Source of the DNA: Candidatus Bathyarchaeota archaeon
Lineage (GTDB): Archaea > Thermoproteota > Bathyarchaeia > TCS64
Direction of reading: 5' to 3'
DNA: 10,864 nt
Assembly: GCA_043826455.1 (NCBI GenBank)
Contig: JBDRQD010000017.1
Coordinates: forward strand, 1 to 10,864
How positions within the stretch are numbered: the stretch's first letter is position 1; each line of letters begins with the position of its first letter. This document shows, piece by piece, positions 7,059-10,864 of the stretch. Position numbers and translations under genes: made by a program. The notes under the pieces were generated by a model, which had not been told where the DNA came from, made no database searches, and was given only the letters and a program-made list of their open reading frames with translations.

Positions 7059-7331
7059 TTACGCCTTGACGTATATTCCAATGGCGCTTACGTTGGAGGT
7101 GCCCCTCTCCTCGCTCTGCACCTGCTCGGTGCTGATCTCGATATTCACGACCTCCGCGTTGGGCATGAACCTGTTCTTGAGGACCTCCACAACATCGACC
7201 GCTCGGCTGATGCTTTGGCCCCTAGCCTTTATGATTATCTCCTCGTGGCCGCTCTTGAATAGTGTCATGCATGCGAGGACGTAGTTGAGGACGGGCTTCC
7301 TTCCGATGAAAACGGTGTTAGATCTCTCCAT
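7059..7331 (-). CDS. albA: DNA/RNA-binding chromatin protein Alba
   Basis: VFIGRKPVLNYVLA, IKARGQSISRAVDVVE and NVSAIGIYV. GAGGAG SD upstream. Confidence 0.96.
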   Translation of the reverse strand: MERSNTVFIGRKPVLNYVLACMTLFKSGHEEIIIKARGQSISRAVDVVEVLKNRFMPNAEVVNIEISTEQVQSEERGTSNVSAIGIYVKA

Positions 7332-7388
7332 TTTGACTCCTCATTGATCTTTTTTTACGCTGGTGACTAATCTAAGCATGGTGAAAGG

Positions 7389-7409
7389 TTAAAAGGATTT
7401 TCCTTTTAA
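7389..7409. promoter_or_regulatory. Perfect inverted repeat TTAAAAGGA-TTT-TCCTTTTAA over the probable alba promoter
   Basis: The 9-bp arms are exact reverse complements. The minus strand reads GAAAATCCTTTTAA (BRE/TATA-like) about 58 nt upstream of the alba ATG. Confidence 0.5.
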
Positions 7410-7450
7410 ATAACTGAACCTATCGACGAGTATAAACAGTCATTATTCGC

Positions 7451-7476
7451 ATAAAAAGGGAAAAAGAGGTGAAAAC
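7451..7476 (-). terminator. U-rich archaeal terminator candidate after the amidohydrolase gene
   Basis: The minus strand reads TTTTCACCTCTTTTTCCCTTTTTAT just after the stop at 7479. Confidence 0.55.
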
Positions 7477-7478
7477 CG

Positions 7479-9248
7479 CTAATCCCTGGTGAGGACGCGT
7501 CCCGGCGTGGCGCCTGTGTGTTTACCTTTCTCTACAACTGGCACTCCATTGACGAAAACGTGTCTGACGCCCTCAGGGTACTTCCTGGGCTCGATCTCGT
7601 CAGCCGTGACCTTCAGGTTAGGCAGATCCATCAACACTATGTCTGCGTAGCTGCCCGGGCTCAGGGTGCCCCTGCCTTTCAGGTTGTGGACCCGGGCCGC
7701 CATGACGCTTGTCTTCTGGACCGCCTGCTCCAGGGTGAAGGTCTTCCTCTCGTTGACCAGTGTCTTGTAGAAGAGGGGGAACGCCGCGAAGCTGTTGATC
7801 CCCGGCAGGCTGTAGGGCGGGTTCTTGGCCTCGAACTTCTCGTCCTGGACCAGGGTGTCCAGGCCCACCATGCCGCAGGGGTGGGTGTAGTACTGCTCGT
7901 AGGCGGGCCTGTAGATCATGGTGCCTGTGACGCCCCTAGTGTCAGGGTCCTCAACGATGATGTCGAAGTAGGTGTCCCAGGGGTCCGCGTTCCTCTCCGC
8001 GGCGATCTGGGCAATGCTCTTGCCGTCCAGGCTGGGGCTCCTACTCCTGGTGACGGTGATGTTCTCCGCCCAATGGGGGTTGGTGTTGGGGTTGTAGGCC
8101 ACCCTGATGAACCACTTGCCCTGCCTGATGGCGTCCTTCACCTCCTCCCGGAAGTCGGGGACCGCCAGCCACTTACCCAGGGCCTCGCGGCCGCCCAGCT
8201 CCCTGAGCCAAGGGGCTAGGAGGCTGCACAGGTAGGGCATAACGTCGAAACCGCCCCTGATGAGGAAGGGGATGGCATCCCAGGTGACGTCCAGCTCGCC
8301 CCCGCTCTCCCGGGTAATCATGTCAATAGTGACCTTCAGGTTGGCGGCCTCCAGCTCATCCGGCGCCGTGGGGTGAGTGTCCCACCCCGTGCTCAGGTGG
8401 GCGTAGTGGAGCCTGACGCCCGTCCGCTTGTAGACGTCCACGCACTCCATGAGGGCCGTGATCTTCTCGTTGGCCACGTGGCCGGCCTTGACGCCCCTCC
8501 TCCGCCCCGTCCGCCTCCAGTGGGGCACGTAGACGCCCCCGTAATCCTTGAGCTGGGCGACGGCCTCCACCATCTCCCCCTGGTCCGCGAAGACGTCGGG
8601 GTCGTAGTCCAGGCCCGCGCTCATTCCTATGCAGCCGTCCCGCATGGCCTGGTGGATAAGCTCATGCATCTCGCTGCGCTCGGCCTGGGTGCTTTGCCTC
8701 TCATAGTCCAGGCCCATGACCTTGGTCCGGATGGTTCCGTGCCCGACGAGGGGAGCGTAGTTGACGCTGATGCCAGTCTTCTCGACTCGCCTGAAGAACT
8801 CGCCCATGGTCCTCCAGTCTAGGGTCCACCCGTATACCTGCTGCATCCACTCGTTGACCTTCTCCAGTCTGTGCCAAGCCGTCCTGGGGTAGTACTTGTA
8901 GGGCTCCAGGTCCTGCAGGTGGTCCTGCAGCAGCCAGGGCACCTGGATGTATTCACCTAGGGGAGCCGTCGATCCTCCGCACTGGCCCCCCACGAAGGTG
9001 GTGATGCCCTGCATGACGTGGCTCTCCGTCTTGGGGAACCATAGAAGAGCCCAGTCCACGTGGCTGTGGGCATCAATGAAGCCGGGGAGAGCCGTCAGGC
9101 CCTTAGCATCAATGGTGTGGGCGGCGTCGCCTTTGAACTCGCTGGCGGCCACCACCTTGTCACCCTTCACGGTCAGGCTGCCCCTGTAGGGCTTCTTACC
9201 TGTGCCCTCCACTACTGTGGCGTTCTTGATCAGATAATCATAATCCAT
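7479..9248 (-). CDS. N-acyl-D-amino-acid deacylase (D-aminoacylase)-family amidohydrolase
   Basis: IDAKGLTALPGFIDAHSH (HxH), QGITTFVGGQCG (Cys ligand), LVGHGTIR, PHWR, YAHL, GLDT, RGTLSPGSYADIV and HVFVNG...TGATPGRVL. Substrate not determined. Confidence 0.9.
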   Translation of the reverse strand: MDYDYLIKNATVVEGTGKKPYRGSLTVKGDKVVAASEFKGDAAHTIDAKGLTALPGFIDAHSHVDWALLWFPKTESHVMQGITTFVGGQCGGSTAPLGEYIQVPWLLQDHLQDLEPYKYYPRTAWHRLEKVNEWMQQVYGWTLDWRTMGEFFRRVEKTGISVNYAPLVGHGTIRTKVMGLDYERQSTQAERSEMHELIHQAMRDGCIGMSAGLDYDPDVFADQGEMVEAVAQLKDYGGVYVPHWRRTGRRRGVKAGHVANEKITALMECVDVYKRTGVRLHYAHLSTGWDTHPTAPDELEAANLKVTIDMITRESGGELDVTWDAIPFLIRGGFDVMPYLCSLLAPWLRELGGREALGKWLAVPDFREEVKDAIRQGKWFIRVAYNPNTNPHWAENITVTRSRSPSLDGKSIAQIAAERNADPWDTYFDIIVEDPDTRGVTGTMIYRPAYEQYYTHPCGMVGLDTLVQDEKFEAKNPPYSLPGINSFAAFPLFYKTLVNERKTFTLEQAVQKTSVMAARVHNLKGRGTLSPGSYADIVLMDLPNLKVTADEIEPRKYPEGVRHVFVNGVPVVEKGKHTGATPGRVLTRD

Positions 9249-9301
9249 GAGTAATCACAGTGAAGGAGACTCGAAAGGATTTTACACTTGCGACAAGGCG
9301 G

Positions 9302-9916
9302 CTAGAGCCTTCTCCTGTACCTGTCGTCCTTCCAGGGGTCCGCCGTGTCGCTGTAGAAGCCGCTCTCCCAGAAGCCCAGCTTCTTGTCTTTCATGAACAC
9401 TATCTTGTTGAGCCACATGGGAGACTTGTACGCGTACTTGTGGGGCACCACCAGCCTCATGGGGCCCCCCAGGGGCTGGGGAAGAGGCTCGTCGTTAAGC
9501 CTGTGGGCCAGGATGATGTCGTCTCCCATCAGCTCGGTTAGGGGTAGGTCCGTGGTGTAGGTGTCGTAGCACTCGAAGAACACGTGGCGGGCGTCCTTCA
9601 TCGGCTTAACCCGCTCAGCCAAGTCCTTGAACCTGACTCCCTCCCACTTCTGGTCCATGACGCTCCATGTCTCCACGCAGTGGAAGTCGCTCACCGAGAC
9701 AGTCTGGGGCAGCGCCATGAAGTCGTCCCACGTATACATCGTGGGCTTCTCCACGAGGCCCTCCACCTTGAGGCGCCACTCCCCGAGGCTCACATCCGGC
9801 AGCGTGTAGACGATGCCGGGGTGCTCCACGCCCCACTTCAGTATGCTGGGAACCCAGCGCTGCTTAGGCGGCAGCCTCTCACGGGGCTTCTCCTCCTTCT
9901 TACGTCTCCAGAACAT
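9302..9916 (-). CDS. Sulfite-oxidase-family molybdopterin-dependent oxidoreductase (single Oxidored_molyb domain)
   Basis: RLPPKQ, WRLKVEGLVEKP, DFHCVETWS (Mo-ligating Cys), WEGV, GGPMRLVVPHKYAYKSPMWL and GFWESGFY. Confidence 0.92.
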   Translation of the reverse strand: MFWRRKKEEKPRERLPPKQRWVPSILKWGVEHPGIVYTLPDVSLGEWRLKVEGLVEKPTMYTWDDFMALPQTVSVSDFHCVETWSVMDQKWEGVRFKDLAERVKPMKDARHVFFECYDTYTTDLPLTELMGDDIILAHRLNDEPLPQPLGGPMRLVVPHKYAYKSPMWLNKIVFMKDKKLGFWESGFYSDTADPWKDDRYRRRL

Positions 9917-9946
9917 GAGCCCTCATGGACGGCTGGGGTTCAGCGC

Positions 9947-9972
9947 ATAATAAAGGCTTCCAAGGCTTTTAT
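9947..9972. promoter_or_regulatory. Back-to-back TATA-like elements for the divergent oxidoreductase and nth genes
   Basis: Minus-strand TTTATTAT (9954-9947) lies about 30 nt before ATG 9916. Plus-strand TTTTAT (9967-9972) lies about 25 nt before ATG 9997. Both sit in an 80-bp gap. Confidence 0.5.
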
Positions 9973-9996
9973 CCCGCCCACCATCCATAACAACCC

Positions 9997-10653
9997 ATGG
10001 AGCCCAAGGAGAGAGCACTGGAGATCATGAGACGCCTGGAGGCGGAGTACCCCGACGCGAAAGGCACCGTGCTCCACCACGAGACGCCCCTAGACCTCCT
10101 AGTGGCCACCATCCTCTCAGCCCAGGCCACGGACGAGCAGATCAACAAGATCACCCGAGACCTCTTCAAGAAGTACAGGACTGCCGCGGACTACGCCTAC
10201 GCGCCCAGAGAGGAGCTTGAGGAGGACATCAAGAGCAGCGGCTTCTACCACAGGAAAGCTGAGGCCATACAGAAGGCAACCCGTGTCATAGCCGAGAAGT
10301 TCGGTGGCAGGGTGCCCGACACCATGGAGGAGCTCACGGAGCTCCACGGTGTGGCTAGGAAGACCGCAAACATAGTACTGCAGGGCGCCTTCGATAAGTC
10401 GGTGGGCATCGCCGTGGACACCCACGTGGATAGGCTCAGCCACCGCCTGGGCCTCTCGGAGATGAAGAACAGAGACAAGGTAGAGCAGGACCTCATGACC
10501 CTCTTCCCCAGGGAAAAATGGTACGCCGTCAACTACCTCATCATAGAGCACGGCAGAAGAGTGTGCGACGCCAAGAAGCCATTATGCGGCAAGTGCATCC
10601 TGAACGACATCTGCCCCTCGGCCTTCACCTTCCCCCACAACGAGAAAAAGTAG
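9997..10653 (+). CDS. nth: Endonuclease III (DNA glycosylase/AP lyase)
   Basis: LLVATILSAQATD, HhH motif LHGVARKTANIV with catalytic Lys, AVDTHV with catalytic Asp, and the C-X6-C-X2-C-X5-C [4Fe-4S] motif. Confidence 0.97.
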   Translation: MEPKERALEIMRRLEAEYPDAKGTVLHHETPLDLLVATILSAQATDEQINKITRDLFKKYRTAADYAYAPREELEEDIKSSGFYHRKAEAIQKATRVIAEKFGGRVPDTMEELTELHGVARKTANIVLQGAFDKSVGIAVDTHVDRLSHRLGLSEMKNRDKVEQDLMTLFPREKWYAVNYLIIEHGRRVCDAKKPLCGKCILNDICPSAFTFPHNEKK

Positions 10654-10747
10654 AGAGGTTTTCGATAAACCACGTTTTCCAGAGCATCGTTCTGGTAAGA
10701 GTGCGAAAGCATCTCATCGAAGTAAAAGCATGAAGCATGAGATGGAA

Positions 10748-10755
10748 TTTTTTTT
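10748..10755 (+). terminator. T8 tract, candidate terminator downstream of nth
   Basis: Oligo-T run about 95 nt after the nth stop. Confidence 0.45.
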
Positions 10756-10864
10756 CCGCCTTATCCCGTGCCAGCCGGGATAAGCCACCAAGCTAACGAT
10801 ACACCTACCACGCCAGCACCGGAGCCCCCAGACAGAGGGGGGAGGGGGGGTAGAGCAGAAAAAC

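Noticed and set aside
7518..9254. Plus-strand ORFs 7518..8219, 8373..8822, 8947..9189 and 9060..9254
   Set aside because: Antisense shadows of the amidohydrolase gene.
9890..9916. RR near the oxidoreductase N-terminus as a Tat signal
   Set aside because: No SRRxFLK-like consensus and no hydrophobic h-region follows.
10726..10739. AAGCATG tandem duplication
   Set aside because: Only two 7-bp units, so not a CRISPR array or a meaningful repeat.
1..10864. Genome-wide reassignment of TAG to pyrrolysine
   Set aside because: Conserved genes terminate at TAG exactly at their canonical C-termini, and no pyl genes are in the window.

Overview
Archaeal DNA. Alba, a NusA-like Zn-finger protein, archaeal AspRS, Pth2, an HVO_2753/DUF1610 zinc finger and an archaeosortase-family gene fit a TACK archaeon such as Bathyarchaeia (lineage is inference). 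The window has two compositional parts. Bases 1 to ~3600 are AT-rich (hand-counted lines 30-47% GC). They hold a 5'-truncated giant TPR/alpha-solenoid gene whose C-terminal beta-rich domain is split by one in-frame TAG (2970-2972), then a ~440-bp spacer with palindromes and a start-less coding-like remnant. Bases ~3600-10864 are GC-rich (hand-counted lines 58-65% GC). They hold a 53-aa CPxCG zinc finger missed by the ORF track, a possible 36-aa ORF, an archaeosortase-like gene, a minus-strand run (sulfite-oxidase-like, D-aminoacylase-like, alba, nusA-like, aspS, pth2) and a divergent endonuclease III. The best leads are the interrupted solenoid protein, two related 21-bp palindromes, an atypical AspRS abutting pth2 in frame, and the small ORF where EF-1beta usually sits. 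No CRISPR array, tRNA, rRNA or intact mobile element was seen. No clearly novel system is established.
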